Shown here: positions 1 to 10,170 of the stretch, one piece after another
How positions within the stretch are numbered: the stretch's first letter is position 1
Layout of the letters: each line of letters starts with the position of its first letter
Source of the DNA: Candidatus Ozemobacteraceae bacterium
GTDB lineage: Bacteria; Muiribacteriota; Ozemobacteria; Ozemobacterales; Ozemobacteraceae
Direction: 5' to 3'
Assembly: GCA_965140445.1 (NCBI GenBank)
Contig: OZ223236.1
Span: 864,001-928,000 of the forward strand
DNA length: 64,000 bases
Notes under the pieces: model-generated
The model's database searches: none
Seen by the model: only the letters and a program-made list of their open reading frames with translations
Told to the model about the DNA's origin: nothing
Made by a program: the position numbers and the translations under genes

Positions 1-108
1 CTTTTTTACGTTTCTGAATTCTTGAAGTGCCGATGAAAAAAATCCGCCTCTGAAATAATTAATTCCTCTGTCAAAGTGTTCTTCAGCTTCTTTTGACTTT
101 TTTATCAT
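1..108 (-). CDS. 5' part of a TPR-repeat protein (runs off the window edge; not in the ORF track)
   Basis: ATG at 108 on the minus strand reads MIKKSKEAEEHFDRGINYFRGGFFSSALQEFRNVKK with no stop. The A-x3-F-x2-G-x2-Y...A-x3-F pattern is TPR-like. Confidence 0.7.
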   Translation of the reverse strand, partial: MIKKSKEAEEHFDRGINYFRGGFFSSALQEFRNVKK

Positions 109-209
109 TTTTTCAGGTGTTGCCTTGTTTAAAGGTTAGTGTTACAATAGCTATACCCCATTGCGAAGTTCTTGTCAATGGCAAAAACGTACCCTCAGGA
201 GGGTTCCTC

Positions 210-1661
210 ATGGATTCCACACCCGGAATCAAGATGAAATTTTGTGAATCATTAGACCGCTTTGTTGCTATTCGTTCGTTTACACCGGAGCAGAAACAAC
301 AGCTGTTTAAGAATATTAAGATTACTGATAAGAAGTCTTATAAACGGCTAATCATAAACGCGTCTGTTGTCAACTACCTGGACGAAATAGCTCCACTGGT
401 ATTCGGGAACAATGAGTATCCTTTGCTCGGTGAAATCATTGAGCAGGAACTCTATAACCTTTGTGTAAAGGTTAATCCGTCTCTGGATATCAAAGAAGTT
501 ACCATTCTTGTAGACGAAGAAACGGCTAAAGGTGGAACTATTCCAATGCTTGGTTCTGAAGCATCTGACGATGAAAAGGCCAAACAACAAAAATTTATTG
601 AGATTGAAAAACATCTGCAAAAAAGAATCATTGGTCAGGATGAGGCGGTTGGTGCCGTTGCTCAAGCTATCAGAAAAGCAAAAGTTGGCTTGAAAAATCC
701 TAAAAGACCAGTTGGAAGCTTTATTTTTGTTGGACAAACTGGTGTCGGTAAAACAGAACTTGCAAAAGCACTCTGCGAATTTATGACTGGCAGTGAGAAT
801 GATCTGGTTCGTATCGATTGTTCCGAATTTGCCATGAGTCATGAATATGCAAAACTTATTGGTGCTCCTCCGGGCTATATCGGCCATAACGAAGGTGGTT
901 ACCTTACAGAGTCAGTCAAAAACAAGCCAAATGGCGTTGTTGTTTTTGACGAAATTGAGAAAGCTCATGAAAAGGTTCATAATCTTTTGTTGCAGCTTCT
1001 TGATGAAGGCGTTTTAACCGACAGCAAAGGTGAAACAGTAAGCTTCAGAGAAAGTGTAATCATCTTGACTACCAATGTTGGTGTTTCTGACATTACCAGT
1101 GAAGAAAGTAAGCCTGGTTTTAGAGTTGGCGAAGCAGCCAGTAAACCAGTTTCTGAAAAAATTGATGACCTTTCCCATGAGCAGAAAGCAAAAATTACCC
1201 GTAAAAGTCTCGAAAAGAAATTCCCACCAGAATTTTTGAATCGTATTGACGACATTATTGTTTTCAGAGCATTAACTAAAGACGATAACCTTAAGATTTT
1301 AAATATTCTTATTGAAGAAGTTTCAGAAAGAGTTGAAGCCTTAAGTATGCGTCTTGGTTTCACAGATGAACTGATGCAATTCCTTGTTGATAAAGGGACT
1401 GACTTAAAATACGGTGCCAGACCACTTAGAAGGACTATTCATAGATACATTGAAAATCCTTTGGCAGAAGCAATTCTTAAAGGCTCCTTTGAGAAGGGCA
1501 ACGAAATCACTGCCGTTTTGGCCAAAGATGAAGATGGCAACGGTTGTGCAAGGTTTGATGTTACTGGTCAGTTTGAAGTTAAGGAAGTTGAAACTCCGCC
1601 AACACCAGAAATTTCTGGTCTTGAAGATCTTCCTGCTGAAAACATCGAAGAAGAAGAGTAA
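210..1661 (+). CDS. Clp/Hsp100-family AAA+ ATPase with only the D2 (NBD2) module and an unrecognised N-terminal domain
   Basis: IIGQDEAV, Walker A GQTGVGKT, pore loop GAPPGYIG, Walker B VVFDEIEKAH, PPEFLNRID and GARPLRR. Start moved to ATG 210 because of the AGGAGG RBS just upstream and the divergent gene at 1-108. Confidence 0.85.
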   Translation: MDSTPGIKMKFCESLDRFVAIRSFTPEQKQQLFKNIKITDKKSYKRLIINASVVNYLDEIAPLVFGNNEYPLLGEIIEQELYNLCVKVNPSLDIKEVTILVDEETAKGGTIPMLGSEASDDEKAKQQKFIEIEKHLQKRIIGQDEAVGAVAQAIRKAKVGLKNPKRPVGSFIFVGQTGVGKTELAKALCEFMTGSENDLVRIDCSEFAMSHEYAKLIGAPPGYIGHNEGGYLTESVKNKPNGVVVFDEIEKAHEKVHNLLLQLLDEGVLTDSKGETVSFRESVIILTTNVGVSDITSEESKPGFRVGEAASKPVSEKIDDLSHEQKAKITRKSLEKKFPPEFLNRIDDIIVFRALTKDDNLKILNILIEEVSERVEALSMRLGFTDELMQFLVDKGTDLKYGARPLRRTIHRYIENPLAEAILKGSFEKGNEITAVLAKDEDGNGCARFDVTGQFEVKEVETPPTPEISGLEDLPAENIEEEE

Positions 1662-1666
1662 GAAAC

Positions 1667-1712
1667 CTAAAATAAAAAATCCCCCGTTTAAGCGGGGGAT
1701 TTTTTATTTTAG
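1667..1712. terminator. Bidirectional intrinsic terminator
   Basis: Perfect 20-bp inverted repeat CTAAAATAAAAAATCCCCCG / CGGGGGATTTTTTATTTTAG between convergent genes. Confidence 0.9.
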
Positions 1713-3281
1713 TTATTTAGATGCTATTTCATTGTTGCCTGAGTTTCTACTCATATACAATTCATAAGCAATTTGTCCGGCAACTGATGAAGCTTTTGTT
1801 CCTGAGTGACTTTTTTGGCCCATCAAAGTAACTATACTTAGATCTCGACCTGTTACTTTTACATAACCACCAAACCAGGTAAATAAATAATGGGGGTCAG
1901 CACCAGTTAGTGTTCCGGTTTTTCCGCCGCACATTTTAGCAAGATTTGGGCATCTTTTGTATCCACCAAAACCTTTTTTACCTGTTCCTTTAAGGGTTGT
2001 GGCATGCATCATTTCATAAATGTCTCTGGCAGTCTGCTTCTTCATTGGTTGTCCAAGCTGGAAAGGTTTTCGTCTAAACACTATTTTGTTTTTCTTAACC
2101 ACGTAATCAACCAGGTATGGCTTCATCGTTTTTCCACCATTTACAACGGTTGAAATAATTGAAGCCACATGAATAGGACTTGTTAAAAAGTTTCTGTTCA
2201 AACCAGCAGATGCCTGGCCCAATTTTGTTTTATTTGAAGGGAATTTAGCTACTGAATTGTTTACAGGCAGATCAAAGAAAAGTCTTCTGTTGAAGCCAAA
2301 TGCTTTCGCGTATTTTTCCATGGTTGATTTTCCAACCATATTAGCTATTCTTCCAAATACACCGTTGTGTGAACGGGCAAAAGCTTGCCATACTTTTAAA
2401 CAGGATCGTTTCCAGGCTCTAACATTGCTGTTTTTAGTGATTTTTTTATTATCTAATCCTGCTGCGGAGGTGATAATTTTGAAAATAGATGCTACTGGGA
2501 AGGTTGCTTTAAGAGCCCAGTTGTCTTTTTGATAGCGATTGGATTCAATATCCAGAATTTTATTTTTATGACTGGAGGCCATGGCGAGAACTGCGCCAGT
2601 GGTAGGGTCTTGTATGAGTCCAACTGCTATTCTACTTTTGTATTTCTTTAAAACGTTTTCTACCTGTTTTTGAAGGCCAGGTCTAATGGTTAGAACTATG
2701 TAGGTGTCTTTGTCGTATTGGACAATATATCTGTCCAGAAGAGAAGCATATTCCCATTTCTTACTAGAAATGGCTTGAATGTAGGAAAGAGCAGAATGCT
2801 TTGACTCTAGTCTACCGAGCTGTTTTTGCTTCTTGGCTTCTTTGGCTTTTTCTTTATCAGATGCAAGTTTGGCAACAACTACGGGGGATATTGCAGCTTC
2901 TTTTGTTTTTTCAACAAAGTTTTTGGTGTTGATATTAACTAGAGAAGATTGGGTTTGAGTGCTTTCAGTTCCCTTAATTATTTTTGAATTTTTTGCTTCG
3001 GAAATCCTGGCAATTTTTTTCTCGAGCTCTTGCAGGCTATTTGAGGTGGCTTTCCTTTTATATTGGATTGCAACGATTAATTTAGCTGTTTTTTCGCTCG
3101 AAGCAGCTCGAACAATAGGTGTCGTTTGAACTGAGCCTGAAACGTAGACGGGTTTTCCGTCTGTGTCAGACACATAGAAGACAAGAGCGTCCACCATTTT
3201 TGTATCAAGTGCTAGCCCCATAAAAATTAAATAACATATGAGGCAGATGAAATTGAGTGATTTTAGCGAATTAGAGAGCAT
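1713..3281 (-). CDS. Penicillin-binding protein transpeptidase-domain protein
   Basis: N-terminal TM anchor, DPTTGAVLAMAS, SxxK (ASIFK), SxN (SHN) and KTG (GKTGT). Confidence 0.85.
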   Translation of the reverse strand: MLSNSLKSLNFICLICYLIFMGLALDTKMVDALVFYVSDTDGKPVYVSGSVQTTPIVRAASSEKTAKLIVAIQYKRKATSNSLQELEKKIARISEAKNSKIIKGTESTQTQSSLVNINTKNFVEKTKEAAISPVVVAKLASDKEKAKEAKKQKQLGRLESKHSALSYIQAISSKKWEYASLLDRYIVQYDKDTYIVLTIRPGLQKQVENVLKKYKSRIAVGLIQDPTTGAVLAMASSHKNKILDIESNRYQKDNWALKATFPVASIFKIITSAAGLDNKKITKNSNVRAWKRSCLKVWQAFARSHNGVFGRIANMVGKSTMEKYAKAFGFNRRLFFDLPVNNSVAKFPSNKTKLGQASAGLNRNFLTSPIHVASIISTVVNGGKTMKPYLVDYVVKKNKIVFRRKPFQLGQPMKKQTARDIYEMMHATTLKGTGKKGFGGYKRCPNLAKMCGGKTGTLTGADPHYLFTWFGGYVKVTGRDLSIVTLMGQKSHSGTKASSVAGQIAYELYMSRNSGNNEIASK

Positions 3282-3289
3282 CTTTTACC

Positions 3290-3844
3290 TTAGTTTTGTT
3301 GGGACTTAAGAATGCTCTTTAGCATTCCGGTTCCGGGGACTTTTAAAACGGCTCCAGGTTGAAGGCTTTTTTCATTTGTAATTCGATTTAATCTAGTTAG
3401 AGCTTGCACCATTCTGGTATTTCCATAGAGTCTTTTTGAAATTGATACGAGGTTATCGCCAGGAATAATACGGTATTCAAAAAACCTCTTGTCGTCAGAG
3501 CTCCTGACAGTGTGGCTTCTATCGCCAGTGAAAATTTCAGTATCAATTTTTGCTGATGGAAAAGCTCTTGCTATGCGATCGTTTTTTATCGCAGGAGCAA
3601 ATGCACCTTCTGGTGCAACAATGTTTGGTCTGGAACTTTTTGCATTGCTTACCAGACTATCAATTCTTCCAACCAAAAAGGGTGGAGCAGGCTTGTCAAT
3701 TCCAGGGAGAATGTTTGTTCGTGGTCCTATATCACCATGAATTGTAAATGCAAAAGCTATTTGCAACATGAATAGACCAATCACAAAGAAAAGGAATAGA
3801 CCAAGCTGTGGTTTAGATTTGTTTTCTGCCTTAGGTGTGTGCAT
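3290..3844 (-). CDS. Membrane-anchored LysM domain protein
   Basis: N-terminal TM. The C-terminal YRIIPGDNLVSISKRLYG...LNRI...LQPGAVLKVP is a LysM consensus. Confidence 0.85.
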   Translation of the reverse strand: MHTPKAENKSKPQLGLFLFFVIGLFMLQIAFAFTIHGDIGPRTNILPGIDKPAPPFLVGRIDSLVSNAKSSRPNIVAPEGAFAPAIKNDRIARAFPSAKIDTEIFTGDRSHTVRSSDDKRFFEYRIIPGDNLVSISKRLYGNTRMVQALTRLNRITNEKSLQPGAVLKVPGTGMLKSILKSQQN

Positions 3845-3873
3845 TCAACCCACCTCCTATATTTCTACAGATA

Positions 3874-3901
3874 ATATCGGCAGGTTTTATGCACCAATTT
3901 A
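3874..3901 (-). promoter_or_regulatory. Sigma-28 (FliA/SigD)-like promoter upstream of the LysM gene
   Basis: Minus strand TAAA-N16-GCCGATAT, followed by an AGGAGG RBS. Confidence 0.6.
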
Positions 3902-3906
3902 AAGTT

Positions 3907-4914
3907 TTATTGAATTTCTTCCTGCTCGTGCTCTAATGCTTTTTTCTGAAAGTCAGAGAATTTAATTCCTTCTATAGTTAAGATGGAAAATCCTGCTATC
4001 AATATGTATATATATGCCAGAGAGTGGGATATCATACCGAAAACTGCACTAAGCTCCTTTGGCTGATGCAAAATATTTGTTAAAACGACTACGCAACAGA
4101 ATTCATAGATTCCAATCATTCCTGGGCTTGAAGGAATCATTGCTCCTACAGATAAAATAGCGATAAGTAAAATCGCTTCCATGATTCCAAAGGGAAGTGC
4201 GAAAAGTTTTATACACAGGAACATGGTTAGTATTGAAAAGGCCCAGGCAATAAAAGAAACTATTAGAGCCTTGGCAAATCTAAGTGGATCGCCTATAAGC
4301 TTTAAACCATCTACAAAAGAATCTCTTATTCCAGATAATTTGTCTGCAATAACCTTGGGAAAGAGGCTTAAAATAAAATTCGTGATTTTGAGAAAAAGTG
4401 GCTTGCGGAATTCAAGCAGCAAGATTCCTAATAAGACGATTGCATAAAACACTATTGCTGAAATTCCTGCTTTTTGTATGTTGGCAGAGGTCGGATATTT
4501 ATTAAGGGAAAACACAATAATTGTTACTATGACAAGCCCATCAAGAAATCTTTCAAAAACAATTGAACCAAATGCTTCAGAAGCCGGAGCAATTTCTTTT
4601 CGCTTTATATATATTGCGCGAAGAAATTCTCCTCCACGGGCCGGTAAAAGATTATTGAATAAGTAACCTAACAATAGTCCAAAGTAGGATTTTGAAAAAG
4701 TTAGAGGACGGTCAAATAAAATTAATCTCCATCTTGCTGCTCTAACAAGGTGTTCGCATGTTATCGAAAAAATCATTAAAACAATATATTGATATTGTAG
4801 TCCGGAAAGAATGTCAGGAATAGCCTTCCATTCTACTTTTTGCAGTGCAAGCCATAGAAAAAAAACGCTGACTAAAATTCCCCAAAATTTCTTGGATTTT
4901 AACATACTGCGCAT
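3907..4914 (-). CDS. Lysylphosphatidylglycerol synthase TM-domain (YbhN/flippase-like) protein
   Basis: RAARW, NNLLPARGGEFLR, ERFLDG and PSSPGMIGIYE motifs, with multiple TM helices. Confidence 0.85.
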   Translation of the reverse strand: MRSMLKSKKFWGILVSVFFLWLALQKVEWKAIPDILSGLQYQYIVLMIFSITCEHLVRAARWRLILFDRPLTFSKSYFGLLLGYLFNNLLPARGGEFLRAIYIKRKEIAPASEAFGSIVFERFLDGLVIVTIIVFSLNKYPTSANIQKAGISAIVFYAIVLLGILLLEFRKPLFLKITNFILSLFPKVIADKLSGIRDSFVDGLKLIGDPLRFAKALIVSFIAWAFSILTMFLCIKLFALPFGIMEAILLIAILSVGAMIPSSPGMIGIYEFCCVVVLTNILHQPKELSAVFGMISHSLAYIYILIAGFSILTIEGIKFSDFQKKALEHEQEEIQ

Positions 4915-5016
4915 GGTACCATGAGTGAGTTAATGGAACAACAAAGAAAGATGTTTTTGTGTTCCTTGTTTTTTGTCTTTGAATTCAGCAGTAATAAAGG
5001 AAAAAGCTCAATATAT

Positions 5017-5949
5017 ATGTGGATGACTATTCAGATCACGGTCTGCGTGATTTTCCTATTGATAATATGCTTTTTTGCTGGAAAGAAGTTGGGACAACGG
5101 CGATTCTTAAAAATACAAGAAGAAATGAGAGCTTTAGAACTTTCATTTAATCAGCTTCTCGAAGAAATGGAGCTCGTTTCAAGCCATAACATGAAAGTTC
5201 TTGAAGGGCAGACAAATGATCTTAAAGAGCTTTTGACTATAGCGGATAAGAAATGCTTGTATGCTAATGATTTGCTTAAAAGCATTGATGATGGGGCGGA
5301 CTCCTTAAAGAAAAGTAATTTTGGGCTTGGCAAGGTTGAACCTAAACCTCAGGCAGCCGAGATTGATAAAGAGTTTAAAAGCGACGTATTTCGTGGTCTT
5401 GAAGAATTGCATGAACGATTGGCAAAACTGGAGAAAAGCTTTAAGCAATACGAAAACAAGCATGAAGGTTTTTCAGAGTCTGTTAGAGAAAGTATTCAAT
5501 CAGAGATTTCCGCGTTAAAGGTTTACACTGAAAGACGAATAACTGAAACAGCTCAAGAAGTTGAAGAAGCTGTTTTGAAAGCGCCAATAGATCGCTTTTC
5601 ACAAGCTTCAGCAACTGGCGGCAAGCGATTATCATCATTTGGTTTTTCCGGGGTTTCAAGCCCAGCTCTTTCAAGCGAGCGCCCTCCAGAGGAAAATACC
5701 AACAAGTTTCTAAAAGCCGCTGAAATTGATAGCCTCCAACCACGCTTTCCAACAAAAAAGGTTGAAAGTGAAGCTTCTCAGGTTGTTCCTATACCGCCTC
5801 CAGGTTCGCCTGTTCACGAAATTTTGTTGCTTGTAGAGCAAGGAATGAGTCTTCCGCAGATAGCGAGAAAACTCAGTATGAGTAAGGGTGAAATTGATTT
5901 AGTATTAAAAATTTATGCACCAACAGTCAAGATGAGGAATGTTATCTAA
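5017..5949 (+). CDS. Membrane-anchored coiled-coil protein with a C-terminal HTH-like (DUF2802-like) segment
   Basis: N-terminal TM, coiled coil, and C-terminal GMSLPQIARKLSMSKGEIDLVL. The start at 5017 is inferred. Confidence 0.55.
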   Translation: MWMTIQITVCVIFLLIICFFAGKKLGQRRFLKIQEEMRALELSFNQLLEEMELVSSHNMKVLEGQTNDLKELLTIADKKCLYANDLLKSIDDGADSLKKSNFGLGKVEPKPQAAEIDKEFKSDVFRGLEELHERLAKLEKSFKQYENKHEGFSESVRESIQSEISALKVYTERRITETAQEVEEAVLKAPIDRFSQASATGGKRLSSFGFSGVSSPALSSERPPEENTNKFLKAAEIDSLQPRFPTKKVESEASQVVPIPPPGSPVHEILLLVEQGMSLPQIARKLSMSKGEIDLVLKIYAPTVKMRNVI

Positions 5950-7058
5950 TGGGAAAAACTGGTTTGTCATCTTCCGATAAAAAAAATGGTCTGATAATAA
6001 TTGGACTTATTTTGGCATGTGTTCTGGTTTATTATTTATCCAGCGTTATTGCTCCATTTCTTATATCAGTGGTTATAGCCTATGTTCTGAATCCCCTGGT
6101 CAGATATCTGGTAGAGCGAAAGTTTCCAAGACCATGGGCGGTTTTAGCTATTTTTACCATAGGACTGATTATTTTCACTTTATTTGTCGTTCCGTTCACA
6201 ATAAGCATTTTTTCTGAGGCTGGGGCGATGATCCAAAACATTGGTGAATTGGATGTAAAGAAGTTAGCCAATAAATATAAAGATCTAGGGATGGGGGTCT
6301 ATGAAAGATTTTCAAAAATTCCTTATTTAAAGCCTTATCTTGATGAGTTTATTCATAGCGAAAATATAAGAGAATTTGCAGCCCAAGGGGTGGTTTATGT
6401 TAAAGATGGGACGGTAAGTTCCTTTAAACGGTTTATGTCCTTTGTTGTTTCTGCATTTTCGGGGATGGTTAACCTGTTTTTAATTCCAATCCTGACCTTC
6501 TACGTCCTGTTGGATATGGATGAGATTTTTGACAAGGCAAAACTATTGTTTCCACCAGCATATAAGGCAAGGATTTTAAAAGTGTTTGGTGATATTGATG
6601 AACAACTAAATGCTTTATTGAGGGGCCAATTGACTTCAAATGCAATATTTGCTTTTTTAATGACTTTGGCATTGTGGATATCTGGTTTAAACTTTTTTCT
6701 TTTCCTTGGGCCATTGGCTGGATTAGCGAATTTAATTCCGTATTTAGGCGGTCTTTTTACAATTATTTTTGCATTTTTTATTGCTATTACTCAATTTGGC
6801 TTTTCAAAAGCTCTTTTAACTTTAATGGCAAAGCTGATTATTTCTATCGCCATAGTTCAGACTATTGATGGCTGGTATTTGCAACCATATGTGGTTGGTG
6901 AAAATGCTGGCCTGCATCCTTTGGTTGTAATGCTATCACTTGCTATCGCAGCTGGTTTTGCTGGTATTCCAGGAATGTTGCTTGCAGTTCCAGTTACTGT
7001 AATTTTAAAAGTTTTGGGTAAAGAGCTTTATCATGAACTTTATGATCCGGTGAAATAA
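5949..7058 (+). CDS. AI-2E family transporter
   Basis: PFLISVVIAYVLNPLV, LRGQL, NLIPYLG, LQPYVVG-LHPLVV and GMLLAVP. Confidence 0.9.
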   Translation: MGKTGLSSSDKKNGLIIIGLILACVLVYYLSSVIAPFLISVVIAYVLNPLVRYLVERKFPRPWAVLAIFTIGLIIFTLFVVPFTISIFSEAGAMIQNIGELDVKKLANKYKDLGMGVYERFSKIPYLKPYLDEFIHSENIREFAAQGVVYVKDGTVSSFKRFMSFVVSAFSGMVNLFLIPILTFYVLLDMDEIFDKAKLLFPPAYKARILKVFGDIDEQLNALLRGQLTSNAIFAFLMTLALWISGLNFFLFLGPLAGLANLIPYLGGLFTIIFAFFIAITQFGFSKALLTLMAKLIISIAIVQTIDGWYLQPYVVGENAGLHPLVVMLSLAIAAGFAGIPGMLLAVPVTVILKVLGKELYHELYDPVK

Positions 7059-8068
7059 TGACTAACAAGATTGAAAAAGAAGAAATCGTAGTTGCTCCAG
7101 TTGCCAAAATTTCTTCCTCGCTTGAAACTTCAGTTGACACAGTAATAAGAGTAACTGGTTTAAATAAACGCTTTGGCCGTAAAGTTGTTTTGTCTGATCT
7201 GGACTTTTCTATTCCTTCAAATACCATTGCGGGGTTTTTAGGGCCAAACGGTGCAGGGAAAACCACAACGCTTAGAATACTCCTGGGACTTTTACCTCTT
7301 CAGACTGGGGCAGTAACCCTTTTGGGAGAAAGAATTCCTCAGGGCCGAGTTAAAGCGCTTGAAAACATAGGAGCAGTAGTTGAAAACCCTAATTTTATTG
7401 AGAATTTTACTGCGATAGAGAATTTGTATTGGTTTGGGTCTCTGTATAAGCCGGTTACTCAAAACAGGATTATGGAAGCCATTGAATTGGTTGGCCTGAG
7501 AGGCGCAGCTAAACAAAGATTTGGAACTTTTTCATCTGGAATGAAGCAAAGACTCGGCGTGGCCTTTGGGATACTGCACAAACCTTCCCTGCTAATTCTG
7601 GATGAGCCAACAAGTGGTATGGATCCAATGGGACGAGTTCAGATGCGAGAGATTTTGCAGCGTATTCATGCTGAGGAAAAGACCTCTATTTTTCTTTCAA
7701 GTCACTTGCTGGATGAAGTTCAGCGACTGTGCAACTATGTGGTCATTATTGACGAAGGAAAAACCCGGAAAGAGGGATACGTTAAGGAACTTTTAAGCGG
7801 TCGACAGGAAGTTTGGGAATTGCGAATCCAGGACGAGCAAATTCCTAAAGCAAGAGAGCTTCTGGAAAAACAAAAAGATGATATTGTCGAAATAGGCGAT
7901 TCTCCCCAGGGGTTAGTTGTAACTCTTAACTCTTCCTGTTCACATAAAATAAACAAGTTACTTATTTCTGAAGGGATTGAGATTAAAGCCTTAATCCCAA
8001 AGGAAGCTTCTTTAGAAGATACGTTCATTGAATTAACTGAAAAAACGCAGCAGGAGGTAAGCAAATGA
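7058..8068 (+). CDS. ABC transporter ATP-binding protein
   Basis: GPNGAGKTT, FSSGMKQRL, ILDEPT and SSHLL. Confidence 0.93.
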   Translation: MTNKIEKEEIVVAPVAKISSSLETSVDTVIRVTGLNKRFGRKVVLSDLDFSIPSNTIAGFLGPNGAGKTTTLRILLGLLPLQTGAVTLLGERIPQGRVKALENIGAVVENPNFIENFTAIENLYWFGSLYKPVTQNRIMEAIELVGLRGAAKQRFGTFSSGMKQRLGVAFGILHKPSLLILDEPTSGMDPMGRVQMREILQRIHAEEKTSIFLSSHLLDEVQRLCNYVVIIDEGKTRKEGYVKELLSGRQEVWELRIQDEQIPKARELLEKQKDDIVEIGDSPQGLVVTLNSSCSHKINKLLISEGIEIKALIPKEASLEDTFIELTEKTQQEVSK

Positions 8069-8949
8069 AACGAATGCTAACTCTTGTCCTGTTTGAATTG
8101 AAGAAAATACTAAATAGAAAAAAAGCACTTCTGTTTCTGTTGACCCTGAATGTGGTTCCTTTGATTGCAAGCATAGGAGCTCTGATTGTTTATCTAAAAT
8201 TCAGAGGCTGGGGGCTTGGAGAATTACAATTTTCAGCATTATACGAAGTCGTTCAAAGCTTGTTCACTGGTCACGTTAAATTATTTGCCTGGATAGCTCC
8301 TTTCTTTCTGGCATTAATTGTGGGGGATAGCTTTTCTACTGAGTTTAATCGCGGCTACATGAAAATGTTATTGATCACCCCTGTAAGCAGGTGGCAGGTC
8401 ATAACAGCAAAAACTGTGGCTGTGATGCTATTTCTTTTGATTGCTGTATGCTTGGGTGGAGCCTTTTTGCAGATGGATTTGTTGGTTGCGCGAGCAATTG
8501 GAGGTTCATCAGGCATGATTATGGACACCGGGTTGAATAATTCATTAGCTATAATTAGCACCTCTGCAGCAGTTCAATTATTGTTCATGACATTTTTCGG
8601 AAACTTGATGCTGATTGGTTTTTTCATTGTGTTTTCGCTATTTTTCGAATCTGCAATTCTAATGTCTTTTACCAGCTTAAGTGTAATAATGGCTTTTCAT
8701 ACCTATTACCTTATGGCTACTTCATTTTTAAATAAAATTGATCCCTGGTATGGTCGGGTTGCTGAATGGTGCTTTACTCACCATCTTTCTGACGTTTTTG
8801 CATTAAAGGTAATCAAAGATCTGCTCAGCGGAAAAATTAATCTAATGTCAGAACAAATTTTTAATCCCATGCTTTCTATTCTGGGTTGGACCGCAGTTTT
8901 TTACTTTCTGGCCATCGCAATTTTCTCTAGAAAGCAGATTTTACATTAA
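8065..8949 (+). CDS. ABC-2 type transporter permease
   Basis: About 6 TM helices, the motif STEFNRGYMKMLLITPVSRWQVITAK, and an ATGA overlap with the ATPase gene. Confidence 0.85.
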   Translation: MKRMLTLVLFELKKILNRKKALLFLLTLNVVPLIASIGALIVYLKFRGWGLGELQFSALYEVVQSLFTGHVKLFAWIAPFFLALIVGDSFSTEFNRGYMKMLLITPVSRWQVITAKTVAVMLFLLIAVCLGGAFLQMDLLVARAIGGSSGMIMDTGLNNSLAIISTSAAVQLLFMTFFGNLMLIGFFIVFSLFFESAILMSFTSLSVIMAFHTYYLMATSFLNKIDPWYGRVAEWCFTHHLSDVFALKVIKDLLSGKINLMSEQIFNPMLSILGWTAVFYFLAIAIFSRKQILH

Positions 8950-8962
8950 ATCGGAAAAATAA

Positions 8963-10051
8963 ATGGAAAAGAAAAAGATACTTGTAGCTCTTTCAGGTGG
9001 TGTGGACTCCTCTGTAGCAGCAGGCTTGCTGGTAAAAGAAGGCCATGATGTCATGGCTGTCACTTTAAAAACATTTTGCTATTCAAACATTGAAATGGGG
9101 CCAAAGGCTTGTTGTGGACTTGAAGGCGTTTCAGCGGCAAAGGCAGTTGCAGCGGATCTGGGGATTCCTCACGTAGTTTTGGATGTATCTGAATCTTTTC
9201 ACAAAGAGGTTATAGAAGATTTTGTTAGTGAATATGCAGCTGGACGCACTCCAAATCCTTGTGTCAGATGCAATGCTACGGTTAAAATCCCTTATCTCCT
9301 GGAAAAAGCTCGCGGATATGGCTGCTCGCATCTTGCTACCGGACATTACGCCATGATTAGTCAGTTAGAAAATGGTAAGACAACGCTGAAAAGAGGAAAA
9401 GACCAGAAAAAGGATCAATCTTACTTTTTATGGGAAGTTCCTGGCAATGTATTAGAAAATCTTCTATTACCAGTTGGCGGCTATGAGAAAAGTGAAATCC
9501 GTAAAATTGCTTCAGAGATGGGGTTTGCCAATGCTCAGAAGGCAGAGTCGCAGGAAATTTGTTTTGTTCCAGATGGAAACTATATCAGCTTTTTAAAAAC
9601 TCAGTTACCTTCTGATCATCCAGGTTTAGCAACTGGTTCCATAAAGGATAATGAAGGAAAAGTGGTTGCTAAGCATGATGGATATGTAAGTTACACGGTT
9701 GGCCAGCGGAAGGGACTCGGGGGTGGACATGGCAAGAGACTTTATGTTTCTAAGATTGATCCTGAGACCAAAACTGTTTTTTTAGGTGATAGAGATTCAC
9801 TTATGGGAAAAAGAGTTCGAATTGAGCGATTAAATTCTTACATAGGTTCTCCAGAACCCGGAACAGAGTTTATGGTGCAGCTGCGATATAAATCATCTGC
9901 AGTAGCGTGCAGAATTCTTAATGCGGATAAAGATTCCTGGCACATCGAATTAAAGGAACCTGTTTATGCAATTTCTCCCGGGCAATCAGCTGTTTTTTAT
10001 CTTGGAGATCTTTTAGTGGCGGGCGGGAGAATTGTCAGCTCAAGTATTTAG
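8963..10051 (+). CDS. mnmA: tRNA-specific 2-thiouridylase MnmA
   Basis: SGGVDSS PP-loop, TPNPCVRCN, ATGHYA, KDQSYFL, ESQEICF, YTVGQRKGL and PGQSAVFY. Confidence 0.97.
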   Translation: MEKKKILVALSGGVDSSVAAGLLVKEGHDVMAVTLKTFCYSNIEMGPKACCGLEGVSAAKAVAADLGIPHVVLDVSESFHKEVIEDFVSEYAAGRTPNPCVRCNATVKIPYLLEKARGYGCSHLATGHYAMISQLENGKTTLKRGKDQKKDQSYFLWEVPGNVLENLLLPVGGYEKSEIRKIASEMGFANAQKAESQEICFVPDGNYISFLKTQLPSDHPGLATGSIKDNEGKVVAKHDGYVSYTVGQRKGLGGGHGKRLYVSKIDPETKTVFLGDRDSLMGKRVRIERLNSYIGSPEPGTEFMVQLRYKSSAVACRILNADKDSWHIELKEPVYAISPGQSAVFYLGDLLVAGGRIVSSSI

Positions 10052-10109
10052 TTTTATTGTTTGCTGAAATTTGCTGTTGTTTATTTTTATCTTTTTTTGT
10101 TTTTTTAGC

Positions 10110-10137
10110 TAAACTTTGTTTAGATCCATGACGATAG
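10110..10137 (+). promoter_or_regulatory. Possible sigma-28-like promoter
   Basis: TAAA-N16-GACGATAG upstream of the GGAGG RBS of the 10171 gene. Confidence 0.4.
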
Positions 10138-10170
10138 GTATATAGAAGAAAACGCATGGAGGCTTAACAA

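Noticed and set aside
93..209. N-terminal extension of the Clp ORF in the track
   Set aside because: It overlaps the divergent TPR gene start, and ATG 210 has a strong RBS.
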